Both the position numbers and the translations under genes were made by a program. A stretch of 63,921 nucleotides of DNA, filler included, from Reclinomonas americana ATCC 50394 (Eukaryota), in assembly GCA_048213135.1 (NCBI GenBank). It is 16 parts of 16 records of this genome, joined end to end, with 100 filler letters (N's around TTAATTAATTAA, not from the genome) between each part and the next. Parts side by side here need not be neighbours in the genome. Positions count along the whole stretch, not along the records: positions 35,445 to 42,215 come from AFZH01019619.1; positions 42,316 to 49,792 come from AFZH01019620.1; 14 more parts are not named here. One strand, given 5' to 3'. The notes below the pieces were generated by a model. It had not been told where the DNA came from, did no database searches, and saw nothing but the letters and a program-made list of their open reading frames with translations. Shown here piece after piece: positions 36,837 to 48,993 of this stretch. Each line of letters begins with the position of its first letter. The stretch's first letter is position 1.

Positions 36837-37963
36837 CTAGTACCGGTGGAACTGCGGCGATGCATGAATGAGTGTGCGCGAAGTTGGGAATCGGTAGGCG
36901 ACGTGGGAAACGCAACAAGAAACGTCGGCGTCGTCGAATTCGTCGCAAGTGGGCGATGGTGCGCGGTTGGTGGCGGAGGAGGCGGACATGGGCGCGTGGG
37001 CCAGCTGCGGCGAGGGCGTCAGGGAGTGCATGACACCGTTGCTCGGCATGCGAGCGGCGGCGGCGGCTGCGGCGGCTGCGGCGGCAGCAGCAGCAGCCAC
37101 CGTGCTCGGCAACGGCTGACTCCTGTCCATCGGTGAGAGGCGATCAGCGTCTGGCAGCGGTGCCGACACTGCCGCCGATGCAACAGGCATGGCGAGGCGT
37201 TGCGAGGCGACGGGTTGCGACACGTAAGCAGCTGCGACTGGTGCTGGTGGTGCTGGTGGCGGTGGAGCGGGCCAGAGACGAGCCTCTTCGACGGGTGCGC
37301 CGACGTCAACGGGTGGAGGGAGGGGGCTCATCGAGGGCGGCAGTGTGGCGAGATAGCGACCAAACAGGCCGAGGGTGGACGAGTAGGCCGCTGGCGAGCG
37401 CAAGATGAGCGACAACGATCATCGCACACAAGAGTTGTCCTCCACTCACCCTCCGTGGCTGCTTCTTTTGCCAGCTGCGTGGCTCTCCCTCGATCGCGAT
37501 CAATGCCAGTGCTGCGTAGTGCCAGTCAGCGAGCGCGCGAGCGATCATCGCGGGATCAGTTGCACGCACCCAAAACCAATGTTCTCTCGATACACATTGT
37601 TGCGCAGAGTGACGCGCAGAATGACAGAGACGTGCGCACGGAACCTGCTGCCGTGCTCCGGCGACACATCGGTCTCCAGCTGCGCGTGCCAGAGGGTGGT
37701 GAGGGCGCGCGGGCGGGAAACACACGCACTCTTTTGTCTGTCACGTGTACGAACCGAGTCTGAGGTGATCTCCACGAGACCTGCACCCCAACCATCAAAG
37801 CCAAACACCTCGTTGGCGCGCTCCACAGGCGTCGACTCGCCTGCGAGCACGCAGTCAGTGAGCGTGAGTGTGATCAGGAATGCACTCTCTTTCTCATTGT
37901 GGAGAATGCATTACCGCGAGGTGATCGATCCAGCAGCTCTGTGAGCATGGCGCGATCTTCCAT
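36837..37963 (-). CDS. Rad52/Rad22-family protein, divergent, spliced
   Basis: ANEVFGFDGW, VSVILRVTLRNNVYRENIGFG, QLAKEAATE..LGLFG match the Rad52 N-terminal domain. The tail is Pro/Ala-rich. Confidence 0.82.
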
Positions 37964-38659
37964 GGTGTAGTCGCGCCCGCGGCCTTGTGCAGGCGATGCT
38001 TGTTGCTGTGTGTGTATGAGAGAGAGAGTGAGAGATTGAGAGAGATTGATTGAGAAAGTGTGTGTTCTTTTCACCAACCATCATGGGCACTGGTGGCGGT
38101 GGTTGTGATGAGGAGCCTTGGTTGGGCGTCTGTGGGTTTGCGCCACGCTGTGTGTGTGTGGGAGAGAGTGGAAGTGGATGAGAAGGCGCGAAAAGGTGAC
38201 ACGTGAATGACTTGTCTCGCGTGTACCAGCATTCAACGGAGAGAGTGAGGAGTGGGGAAAGAGAGATGCGGGATGCACGTGCGCGCACAGTGTGGGAGAG
38301 TGCGCTCACGGAGTGAGGGAAGAGAGGGTTTGTGTTGGCGCGAGCAACCCGCAATCTCGATCATCGATCGGTTTGTCGCGATCGGACGAAGCCTGACAGA
38401 TCTGAGTGGCGTGCAGCAGCGGCACATTGGTCAGCATTCCCGATCAGGCTTCTGAGAAAAGTGGAGAACGGGAAGGACAACGGTGGAGAGGATGCAGGCA
38501 TGCGACAGTGAGGAATAGAAATGCGAAGTGCGGCGCGCGCACGGCGCATGCGGCCGGTTCTGAATTCAAGCTGCAATGAGCAGCAGAACAAACTGCAGTA
38601 ATTCGTTCCCTGTTGATCATTTCAGTTGCCGAATGAAAACATTGTTGCCAGAATTGCGT

Positions 38660-39600
38660 GTCCGGGAAATCCGGACAGAAGGCTTCCACATCATCTCCTG
38701 CAGTGCGTACCACCGCCACACGTGTCCGGCTAACATAAACAGACGTTTTTCTATTCATGGCTGCGTGTCAAGGTGAACGGCGATGAGCAGGAGTCGCACC
38801 CGGTCGGTTTCTCTGTTCGGATCCAGCGTTTCTGTCGTGATTTTTTGTGCTCCACGGTTCTTGCCTTGAAAATCCTCGTGCGGTGAGTGTGTTGACAGTT
38901 TGTTATAGCTACTACCCCACGTAGACATCGTTGCACTCGCTGAATCGTGCACCGAGCCTGGCAACACCGATCCGGACAAAATCCAGTTTGCCGGACAGTT
39001 TCACCCTCTGCAGCGCCTTCTGCAGTGCATGTCGCCGCCACACGTGTCCGGTTAGCTTAAGGACACGTTCCCCTATCCATGAATGCAAGTCACGGTGAAC
39101 CGTGACGAGCAGAAGTCGTGGTTTCTCTTGCAGAAACGCCAGCATTAGCCATCTCGACTTTCTCTCAGTGTTCACGTGATGTCTGAGTTTCTGGTGCTCA
39201 CTCAAGATGGTGATCATCATGCAGCTGCTGCTGTTTGGATTAGTAAAGTTGTTGCTTACACAACGCTCAGTTTCTCTGTCCGGATTCAACGCTCAGTTTC
39301 TCTGTCCGGATCCGTATCCAGAATTCGCGGTGATCGCCCTTTCGCCCCTGCAACTCCGCGAACCTGCATGCAACAAAGCTGTGTCGTGAGAAATAGAAGG
39401 CATTGTTATAGCTTCCACCGCCACAGACATCGCTGCACTCGCTGAACCGTTCTTCAAGCTTGCAACACTTATCCGGACAAAAAGCCGTTTCCTGGACGTT
39501 TCCTTTTCCACAGGGTGGCCAACGGGGCGTTTGGCCTCCAAACCTGTCCGGTTAACTAGAGGGCATGTTTTCCTATCTGTCAGACCGCGTCACGGTGGCA
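38660..39600. repeat. Three degenerate copies of a ~320-bp unit
   Basis: Anchors (CACG)TGTCCGGYTARC at ~38722, ~39044 and ~39545. TTGTTATAGCT..AGACATCGYTGCACTCGCTGAA..ATCCGGACAAAA at ~38900-38983 and ~39403-39484. Confidence 0.8.
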
Positions 39601-40012
39601 CAGCTACCTGCAGGCGCCTCAGCCACTCCAAATCCGACTTCCACCGAATATCGAAATCGTGATTGCAATTGGTTAATCTGCAAGCGCATCTTCTCAGTCG
39701 ACTGTAGGGTATACGCACGTGGGCTTCAACCTTTCCTCTCGCGCACACTTGCCTGCCCTGCGAACACGGCAAGCAGCAGCATATACTGAATATTTCGGCC
39801 GGCCGCGGCCGCGGCGCCGTACGTGGTTTCTACATGCTGCGAATTCCACGTGAACTTTGTGCAGTTGCCATTGCTGTGTTGGTCAGTGATGCTGCTGTGG
39901 ACCGTTGCGTCGGCGTGTTCGTGTGTTCGTGAACACAATCATGAAGAGGACCAATTTCGCGCGCTTTTCTTGCACACACATTTCTCTCCTGGTGGTCGTG
40001 TAACGGCCGACC

Positions 40013-40985
40013 ATGCCGCCCTCCGCTCCTCCTCCTCTACTCCTCCTCCTCCTCTGCCTCATCCTCCTCGTCACCCTCACACCCTCAGCCATCGCCTTGA
40101 CTGCTCTCTCACCCCCAGTCAGCATCTCACGCACACCACTAAAGGCCTTTCTTGATGTCGGCATCGACCACGCCCGCATTCACTTGCTCGTCACCGATGG
40201 CTCCTCGCACCAGTTGAACTCACAGGCAGTGGACTCTCACCTCACCAACAACAACAACAACAGCAATCAAAGCATGTTATTGATTGCGCTTGTTGGGCAC
40301 ACAACTCTGGGTGACGCAGGTGTGTGTGTCTCTCTTGTTGGGTGTGTGTGCGTGTGTGTCTCATTATACGCGTCACAGTGGATGCTGCAATGCAGCTGTA
40401 TGGGCTGCCTGCGCATCGCACAGAGAGCATCACTGAGCGCGCGTTCAACGCATTGATGGTTCTCTTGCTCCACTCACACTCTCTCTCTGTTGCTCTCTCA
40501 CACACACACGCGCGCCCTCTCTCTGCAGTTGCAACGAGCGGAGATCTTTGGCTGCGGCTACCTCGTCAGTCTCGACCCACTGGTCTCTCTCGACATTCCT
40601 CTGTCGGTCTTTTGCCCGCCTGTGACCGAGTGGGAGATCAAGATCGACGGGCACGACGTGCACGTGCGCTTCACTGGTCTCCCCGATCATGTGCGCTCAC
40701 TGCGACAAGCAGGTTGCGTGTCTTCTCAGTCTCGTTGTGGCATGCGCAACGCCCAAGCTCATTTTCGTTTTTTTCCCCCCACCAATGACAGTGGAGAAAG
40801 CGGTCGGTGAGCAGCTGGGCATCCAACTGTCTGTCAAGCAGCTGATTAGCGTGCTGACGGAGGTGTCGACCATAATTGAGAAGGTGTGTGCGTTGTGCGT
40901 CTTGTGTTTGTGGTTTTGTCTCATGCGCGCCAGCAGAACCCGGAATTGCATTTCTTGGCGACTCGTGGCACGTACTGCGAAATGA
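40013..40985 (+). CDS. Hypothetical secreted/membrane protein, spliced (3' end uncertain)
   Basis: Signal-like LLLLLLCLILLVTLTPSAIA followed by several GT-AG-separated exons. Confidence 0.5.
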
Positions 40986-41466
40986 GTGTGTTCTTGCCTG
41001 TTGTTGCGTTTCATTATTCGTGGAGGGGGCAGGGGCTCCGTTCCCCTTGGTTTCTTGGAATGTTTTTTTCTCGTTCTCTAGTTTCCTTTTTCGCTTGTGG
41101 GATTTATTCGCCTCCGTGCCGCTGCTTTCATTCTCTTTTCCTGTCTCTTCTCTTTCTGCACTCCTGCCGTATCCTGCATCTCATCACCACTGTTCGCCCT
41201 TACATGCCCCGCTGTCTCTTCTCTTACTCTTACCATGCTCCACGGCCTGCTCAGCTATCTGTGCGCCACTGTTCGCTGCCCACTGTCATTTTCTGTCTTG
41301 CATTCCGCCAGTTTCCGTCTCTCGTCGTATTCTGCATCTCACCGCCAATGTTGCTCCTCTTCCGCGCCGTGGCCGCTCACCCTTCTCTTCCGCCTCTCCA
41401 CCGTGCTCCACACATCACCACTTTGCGCTTACCGCTGTCTGTCTGACGGTGCTCCTGTATTTCCCA

Positions 41467-41810
41467 GTCTCCTGTCGCTTGCTGAATTCTTCCACCTCTG
41501 CACCGCTGCACTCATATCTTATTCTGCGTCTCATTAACGCTGTTCACTCTCTTTCCACTCCCTGCTGTCACTCACCCTTCTCTTCCACCTCTCCACCGTG
41601 CTCCACGCATCGTCACTCTTTGTTGTGCTCTTTCTAATCTCTTGTCGCCTGCCACATTCTTCCACCTCTGCACCGCTGCACTCATATCTTCTTCTGCGTC
41701 TCATTAACGCTGTTCACTCTCTCCCCACTCCCTGCTGTCACCCACCCTTCTCTTCGACCTCTCCAACATGCTCCACGCATCGTCACTCTTTGCTGTGCTC
41801 TCTCTAGTCT
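41467..41810. repeat. Tandem direct repeat, 170-bp period, pyrimidine-rich
   Basis: TTCTTCCACCTCTGCACCGCTGCACTCATATCTT..CTCATTAACGCTGTTCACTCTC at 41487 and 41657, with a partial third copy near 41375. Confidence 0.92.
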
Positions 41811-42388
41811 CGTTGCACTTCTGTCTTTTCTGCGTCTGTCCACTCCCCTATCTTGCATCATTGTCACTCGTCCTTTTCTTCCACTTCTTCACTTTCGTTC
41901 CTCATCGCCTCCCCCCTTCCCCCTCCTTCCCCTTCCCCCCTTTCCCCTCTTTCCCCCCTTCCCCCTTCCCCTTTCGCCCCCTCCCTCACCCTTTCGCCCC
42001 CTCCCCCAGCGCCCCCGCGAGTGGGGCCCCTGGTACTCACCAAGCCCATACGCCGTCGACGTGGATCCCGAGTTGAGCGAGTCGGCTGGCACCCGCGGGC
42101 GCCCGTTCCTCGCCGAGTGGGAGATCGGCAGCTCACTCGTACAGCAGACGCTCATGTCGCCGTCGTCCTCACTCGGCGCGCACACCAACACCTTGCTGTG
42201 TTTGGCCACGTACGGNNNNNNNNNNNNNNNNNNNNNNNNNNNNNNNNNNNNNNNNNNNNTTAATTAATTAANNNNNNNNNNNNNNNNNNNNNNNNNNNNN
42301 NNNNNNNNNNNNNNNTGTCGCGCACGGTCAGTCAACGCTCTTTCCCTCTTTCCTCCGCCGCCTTACTCATCTATTCCCCCACGCACAG

Positions 42389-43880
42389 ACCACCGCGCCT
42401 CCGACTGCGACTACCTTGGTCCCGCGTTCAGAGAGCGCAGTCGGAGCCAGCGGCACCCGCCACTGCCGGCGGCCGATCGCAATGCAAAGCCCGAGAACAA
42501 CGAAAACCCCCGCAATATGCGGATTCAGCCCGACGAGCTGTGCCACGGCATGGAGCGCCATTTGTGGCACCAGTTGACCTCGCCGAACGCGCTGGTGGCC
42601 GCTGCCGCTGCCGTCGGCAACGCGGCTGCTGCGCCGCCATACGCCATTTTCCCGGCCGACACGCAATTCCGCGAGTCACGATCGACAATCTTGCGCCTGC
42701 AGCAGTGGCTGCGCGCGCACCCGTTCGCCATTGATCTCGAGGGCCAGAGCGAGTCGATGGTGGTGTTCACCATGGTCGCCTTCCCGCCTCCCACCTCCGA
42801 CAATGCCGGGATCTTCTCGGTGATGGTGAGCAAGTGGCTGAGCTACTTTTTCAAGTTCCACGGCGACAAGCTGCCGCTGGTGGTGTGCGGCGACGAGTAC
42901 ACATTCAACGAGGTGAAGAAGCTGTTGGGCCCGGAGCGTGAGGCTGCTGCGTTCCTGGATGAATTCAACTGGTGAGTCTTCTTCCTGCCTCTTCCTCTGC
43001 TTCGCACTCTCACCTCCTGCCAGGCTCGGCAACCGTCGCGTCCACCTCGACTTCTCCTACGTCGTCAACACGCGCTGGCTCTACGCCTACATGCTCCTGC
43101 GCTGCGGCTATCGCTCGTTCTACACCGACACCGACGCGTTCTTCGTCGGGCATGTCGGCAGTCTGCCGCAGCTGTACGACTCGGACGATCGCACCGCTCC
43201 CGACCTCCTCATCCAAATCCAGCACCGCGATCGGAAGAAGACCGTGTGCGACTTCACCAGCTTCGAAAACGCCCCCGCACACGAGCGAGTCCGCGCCCCG
43301 TGGCTCTACATTCCCCAGTCGTGCGCTGGCGATGGCAATTGGGTGCGTGGTGCTTGGCCGCGATCTCCCCTGTGCGCACAATCATCTTCTCGCTCATTCT
43401 GTCTCTCTTCTCTCCCCCTCCCTCCCTCGCAGGCCTCACCCGTCTGCGCTCGCCACAAGCGCCAATATAGCATCGTGGCGGGCCTGTGGAGCTTGCGGCC
43501 GACGGTGTACTCTCTCCGCTTGCTGGCTCACCTGATCGACATGATCGAACGCCAGCCGAATCTCAACGAGCAGCACATCCTCAACCTGCTGGTCGACTAC
43601 CACTTGCGTCTCGGTCGCCTGCGTTTCGACTGGTTCGACGCGCATCAGGTCGACAATGCGTACGGCTTGCGATTGTTCCTCAAGAAGAACATTGCCCGTC
43701 ACCTGTACAACGACAGGTCCTCGCTGATTCTGGTACGATGTGTCGTCTCCCTTTATCTTCAAAAGCACACGAGCATCGGTACTCACTTTCCACTTCCCCT
43801 CGGCGGCGCAGGTGCATTACTTCCAGCGATTCAAGATGGACGCATTCCGGAACACAGGATTGTGGGCGTATTCGCCATAG
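42389..43880 (+). CDS. Nucleotide-diphospho-sugar transferase (GT77-like), spliced, 5' partial
   Basis: LLRCGYRSFYTDTD (DxD), PDLLIQ, AGLWSLRPT, NEQHILN, C-terminal VHYF..K..FRNTGLW. Confidence 0.78.
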
Positions 43881-44309
43881 AACAGAGGCCGTCGATCGCG
43901 TTCAGATTAATGAATTATACTGCGATTGTGTCACAAAAAACCCACCCCACGTGAGAGGCGCAGCGAGTGTCATCTCTCTGCGCTCCCCTCTCTGTCGTCG
44001 ACACGCAACACGGACGACGGCAGTCGGTGCACGCCTGGCGGCTGGCCGCATGCCTGCTGGTTTGCTCACTCTGCAGCTGCTGCTGCCCGGCGACACAGAG
44101 GCGCCCCAAACGAGGCACCTGCCTCTGTGCCCGACAGCAGGCCGACAGCAGCGTACAGGCGTGAAAAACACAGCGGAACCACGTCCCAGGCCGCCGATTG
44201 TGCCAAGTGCCGGCGATTCGATCGCCGGCGCTGGGGGATGACCCCTTGTTGTTGTTTTTTCTTGTTTTCCTTTTTCTTTTTCTGGTGCGCGACATGAGCG
44301 CGCGGTCGG

Positions 44310-46320
44310 TCAGCAGTCGTACCAGCCGGCCGGTTGCTGGTAATGGTACTGATTATGATGATGATGATGCTGCTGAAGATGTTGGTGGTGGTGGTGGCTC
44401 GTGCCAAAGCCGACGGGGACCACGAATGGCGAGGCGTCTGCTGCTGCTGATGCGGTGGTGATCGTGGTGGTCCAGGAGGCGTCCGAGTCGGTGCCCGTCA
44501 GCGACGGTTGTGGCGAGCTGTCAAAGCCCACATCCTCCTCCTCCTGCTGGTCGTCGTCGTTGACAAAGAACGAGTCCGGATCGAACACCTCCTCGTCAAA
44601 GCCGTGCTGCTGACTGTGTGTGTGGTGGCCGTCGCCACTGCCGTCCTCGTCCACCTCCATGCTGTCGTACTCGTCTTTCGGTGCCGAGAACACGCGCTCA
44701 TGGACATGCGACGGCGCAAAGGCGTGTGGTCGTCGCGTCGATCCAAGCGCTGCCACTCTGGTGTTGGAGACGGGGAGATACACGGCGGGGACTGTCGAGG
44801 ACACCACAGGCGCGAGATGAGTTCGCTGAAAGAGAGATGTGCGCGCGGGAAGAGCCACACACACTGACCGGCAGGGGAGTGGCAGGCGGTGGCAGTGCGC
44901 CAAAAGCTGCTGGCACCACTGCCGAACCGGCCACAGGCATCGTCGTCGCACGGGGGCGTCGACGGCGTCAAAGACAGGGAAAAAGTGGAGGCGGCCACCT
45001 GCTGGCACACCTCCGGGTTGAACATGTGGGTGAACAAGTCGAATGAGGCCACCGAATCAAAGGAGCTCTCCGTGGCCTTGCCGTGCGCCGGCACGCCGCA
45101 GCAGCGCGAATGGTCGGAGACCGCCGTCGATGGAGCGGCGGCCGCAAACAACGGTGTGCTGAGCACCGGCAACTCGTGCGTGACGCGCGAGTGGCGGAAG
45201 AAGGCGTAGGCAATGGAGCGGAACTCCTGCCCATGCGAGTCCTCCACGTGGAAATAGTTCGTAAAGCACAGCAAGTGGCAAAGCTCGTGCTCAAACACGC
45301 GCATCAACGACTGCAGCCGATTGGTGCACGCACAGCCACACACCGACACCGACACGGCGCCATCGTCCTGAGGACAACAGCAGGGAGAGTTTAGCGACAC
45401 ACAGAGTCAGTGGACACGAGCACGCTAGCTCGGCAAAAATCGCCACCTTGGACCAGGCCTCAAACGGCCGCGAGATAATCGGCCAGCAAATGGTCAAGTT
45501 GTGCTCGTACCCCGAGCGCGAAAAGTGACCACTGCACCACCACACACACACAGTGAGGCGGACGAAGCGATATCACATCACATACAGCAGTGGGCGAAAA
45601 CAGCTCACGTCCACGCGGACACAGACACACACACAGAGAAAGAGAAAGAGAGGGGCGGTGAGACGCAACGCTTGTGTCGGCAATGTGGCGACCACATAAA
45701 AGCGCAGCTGTCGGTGGTGCCGCTTGAACGCCGTCGATATCGACTGATCAAAGAATTCGCGATCGTACAACTGCACACATGACAACAACAACAAGCAACG
45801 GTCAGAGACAACGCGCACACAAGCCAGTGAGAGGCAGACGAGATGAGCGGCTATCAATTTTTTGTGAATGACTGTCGAAGACGAAGAGGACGATTGGAGG
45901 AGGCGAGTCGCGACGACACACCGAAAATAACAAAAAATGACACATCGCGCACTGTCGGCGTGTCACACCCCCCACTCTCCCACACACACCCACACACACC
46001 TGGAACAGCAAGACGAGATCAGCGGCCTCGAGCGAGTCAAAGTTGAAGGATCCAGCACAGGCCGGACGCTGTGCGAGGAACTCGAGTGCCACTGTGCTGC
46101 GACGCTGCGCCACGGCAAAGTCGGTGAGCCCACCCGCCAGCTCCGCCAGTCGGAACACGGGGTTGGTCGAGCCCGCAAGCTGACGCAGAGAGGAAGCGAG
46201 AGTGGTCACGGGTGGAGGAGAGAGGGGAGTCGGAGTCGATGATGATTGGAAGGTCGAGTTGGAGGAGGAGGTGGTTGGCAAGCGCAGAGGCGCAGGTCGC
46301 GAGCGGCGCGGAGTGTTCAT
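44310..46320 (-). CDS. SprT-like zinc metalloprotease-domain protein, spliced
   Basis: LYDREFF..; CTNRLQSLMRVFEHELCHL (HExxH) followed by SHGQEF (third ligand, HG..F) and FFRH..THEL. Confidence 0.78.
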
Positions 46321-47133
46321 GGTATAGGCGGAGTCGTGTCTTGTGTTAGTGCGCGTTGGTGGTGGTGTTGTTGGTGTCGTCACAGCACAGCGCGCGGCTG
46401 AATTGTTCAAATTTGCTCTTTTCTTTCCTCTCGCAACACACTGAAAAAAAAAAGGGGGTGATCGAATTGTCCGACCAACTCCGACTTGACCACGCGCGGC
46501 GGGCTTTGGCGCCGGTGATCTCCGCGCGCGTGTGGGATGGCGTGAGGGGGAAGGAACGGTGCGTGCGTTTGTGTTGGAGCGGCGGCGGCAAGGTGAGCCC
46601 GATTCGGACATGAACGCGGTGGTTCGAATTCGACATGGTCGACCTCGGGTTTTTGCGGCGATTTCGTTGGGGGACTCTCCGGATCGGGGGTCGGGTGTCG
46701 GCGAGTGGGGTCGGTTGGTGTTTGAGGATTACGCTGGTGACGTATACATGCAGGCACGCCACGTGGTGTGCACGTGGCTTTGTGCAGTTCGAGATGACGC
46801 GTCGACGTCGACTTGCTTCGAGCTCGAGTGACGTCCATGTGCATCGTGAACGTGCGTTTCGGCACGGCGGCAATATGCACCGGCTGCATATATATCGACT
46901 TGGGATGGCGAGCCGGGAGGTGCGATGAATCCTCGCGCTCGAGCACACTCCGCACGCATGTCGCGTCCGGTTTCGCGAAGTTCGAGCTTTCTGTGGCGTC
47001 TGGGCCCGCCTGTGCTCGCCTACTCGAGCTTCCCTCTCGTGATCAATCACCGACTTGCTCTATGATCCCCCTACTCTGCCACCCAGTGACGGGACGACCG
47101 TGAAGAACATGCAGGACGAGCGCTCACGACAAC

Positions 47134-48712
47134 ATGCAGAGAAGGAGAAATCTCTCCTCGCTCCTTCTCCTCCTCGTCCTTTTCTTGCTCAGCGTGCATA
47201 GGTACGCACCACAGGTAGTCAACGCGCAAGTGGTTGGTCCGCGACCATTCCTCACGATCGGAAACGAAGAGGTTCTTTGCATGCACCTCCCGCCTCTCTC
47301 TCTTTCTGATGTTGCCAGTGTGCTTCCCTCTGCTATGCCTCTCTTGCCCTGTCTATCTTCAGCCACACTCTCTTCTCCTTCTGTCTCTCTCACCTCCCCT
47401 CTCTCTCTCCTCCCACAGTACCGATCATGCTTCTGCAACCCAGCGCGTGGCGTGGACATGAGCTGTGATCAACATTGGTGGTCGGCAGCCACAGCGCTGG
47501 ACTACGTGACCGCTCCGCAGCTGCATGTGTGCCGCCCGACCTCGTCCACCTCGTCGCCACATGGCGAGTGGGTGAATGTGGTGGTGGAGGCGTCGGAGGG
47601 TGTCGCAACACCACTGCCACTGCACGAGCACCTGCGAGACTGGGTTGCGTTTGCTCTCCTCTCCACTGCATGTTCATCGGCACTCACCCTCTCTCGTCAT
47701 CGTGCAGCTGGTCGACGACGGCGGACGAGGTGCCGTGGCTGTCTCTTTACGCTCCTTCCCAGATCTGACTCCTCACTCCTCCCCCTCACCCGACGCAGCT
47801 CTTCGCGACGTGCGCTACTCGGTGATGCAACCGGTGGCCGATGAACCGCTGCAGTCGCACACGGTGCACGGATTGTTGATGGGTGACGCTCGTGACGCCG
47901 CCACCGATGGTGATGTCGCGCAGTGGCCGCTGGTGTCGTGCCTGCTGGTGACCGACGCGCGGCTGCACTTTGCGCTGCGTGCCATCTACCTGTTCCAGCG
48001 ACAGACGTACCCCAATCGCGAGCTGGTGATTGTGACGAAGAATGAGGTGACGGCGGAGGCGCTGACGGCCGTGCTGGCGGAGCTGCAGGATCCGCGTGTC
48101 CGTCTCGAGCCGTACCTGGAAATGTCGGCGGAGGAATTGGGCGAAACCACCCTCGGCCACTTGCGCAACTACTCGCTGGAGATGGCGCGCGGCGACTACA
48201 TTGCCGTGTGGGACGACGACGACATTTACGATCCCGATCGCCTGCTGGTACAGATGCGTGCCATTGTGCGCTTCCAGGCCGCAGCCTCCACGCTCGCACG
48301 CCAGATGCTGTGGCCGTCGGAGCAAAACGCCGCTGGTGGTGATGCCCAGCAGCAGTGGACACTGGGCGTGTCGGGCTTCTTTGTGTACGAAAACTCGCTG
48401 GTGTGCGAGCGCTCGAAGATGCCGCGGTATCAGCACCTGAACCGCGGCGAGGACACTCGCGCCGTGGTCGATCTCGTCTCCAGCGAGACCCTGGTGGTTC
48501 TCGACGCCCCTCTGCTTTACTGGTACGTGCACCACGGAAGCAACACGTGGCCGTCGTCGCACTTTGCCATGCTGTGGGAGGCTACCACGGTCCGTTTCCG
48601 CGGCCGTGCCGCCCTCACCATGTTTGCCAGCATGCTGCGGAGAACCGGTCTCGTGGGTCCGCAAGCCGAAGTGCCTGCCAGCGCGCCGCACCTCGGCAAA
48701 CTGACATTGTAA
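47134..48712 (+). CDS. Glycosyltransferase family 2 with an N-terminal signal/anchor
   Basis: PLVSCLLVT..FQRQTYPNRELVIV, LGHLRNYSLEMARGDYIAVWDDDD, RGEDT, YVHHGSNTW. Hydrophobic N-terminus LLLLLVLFLL. Confidence 0.88.
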
Positions 48713-48855
48713 AGTGAACATGAATGCATTGCGAGGCATGCATGCACACGCCGCACAGTCGCTGGCAGTTCGTCCGTCGACACGCGACTCGCACAAACTT
48801 CTATCCCACATTGCATGATGTCCTGACCGGCAAAACAGAACGCGTTGTCGTCGTC

Positions 48856-48956
48856 ATGTCAGTCTCAGAGCACGAGTACCTGCAGCTGGTCGCCAAACTG
48901 CCCAGCTCCGTGGACGTTTCGTCAAGCACGCACGCGCACGCACACTCACACCGATC

Positions 48957-48993
<37 letters not shown>

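Noticed and set aside
38700..39600. Alternative genetic code suggested by TAG/TAA at aligned positions in the repeat copies, and a TSP1-like FSECSDVCGGG peptide
   Set aside because: Other genes in the window terminate normally with TAA, TAG and TGA. The copies are frameshifted relative to each other and the peptide is not conserved.
46590..46660. tRNA gene suggested by GGTTCGAATTC
   Set aside because: I could not build a cloverleaf or find an acceptor stem.
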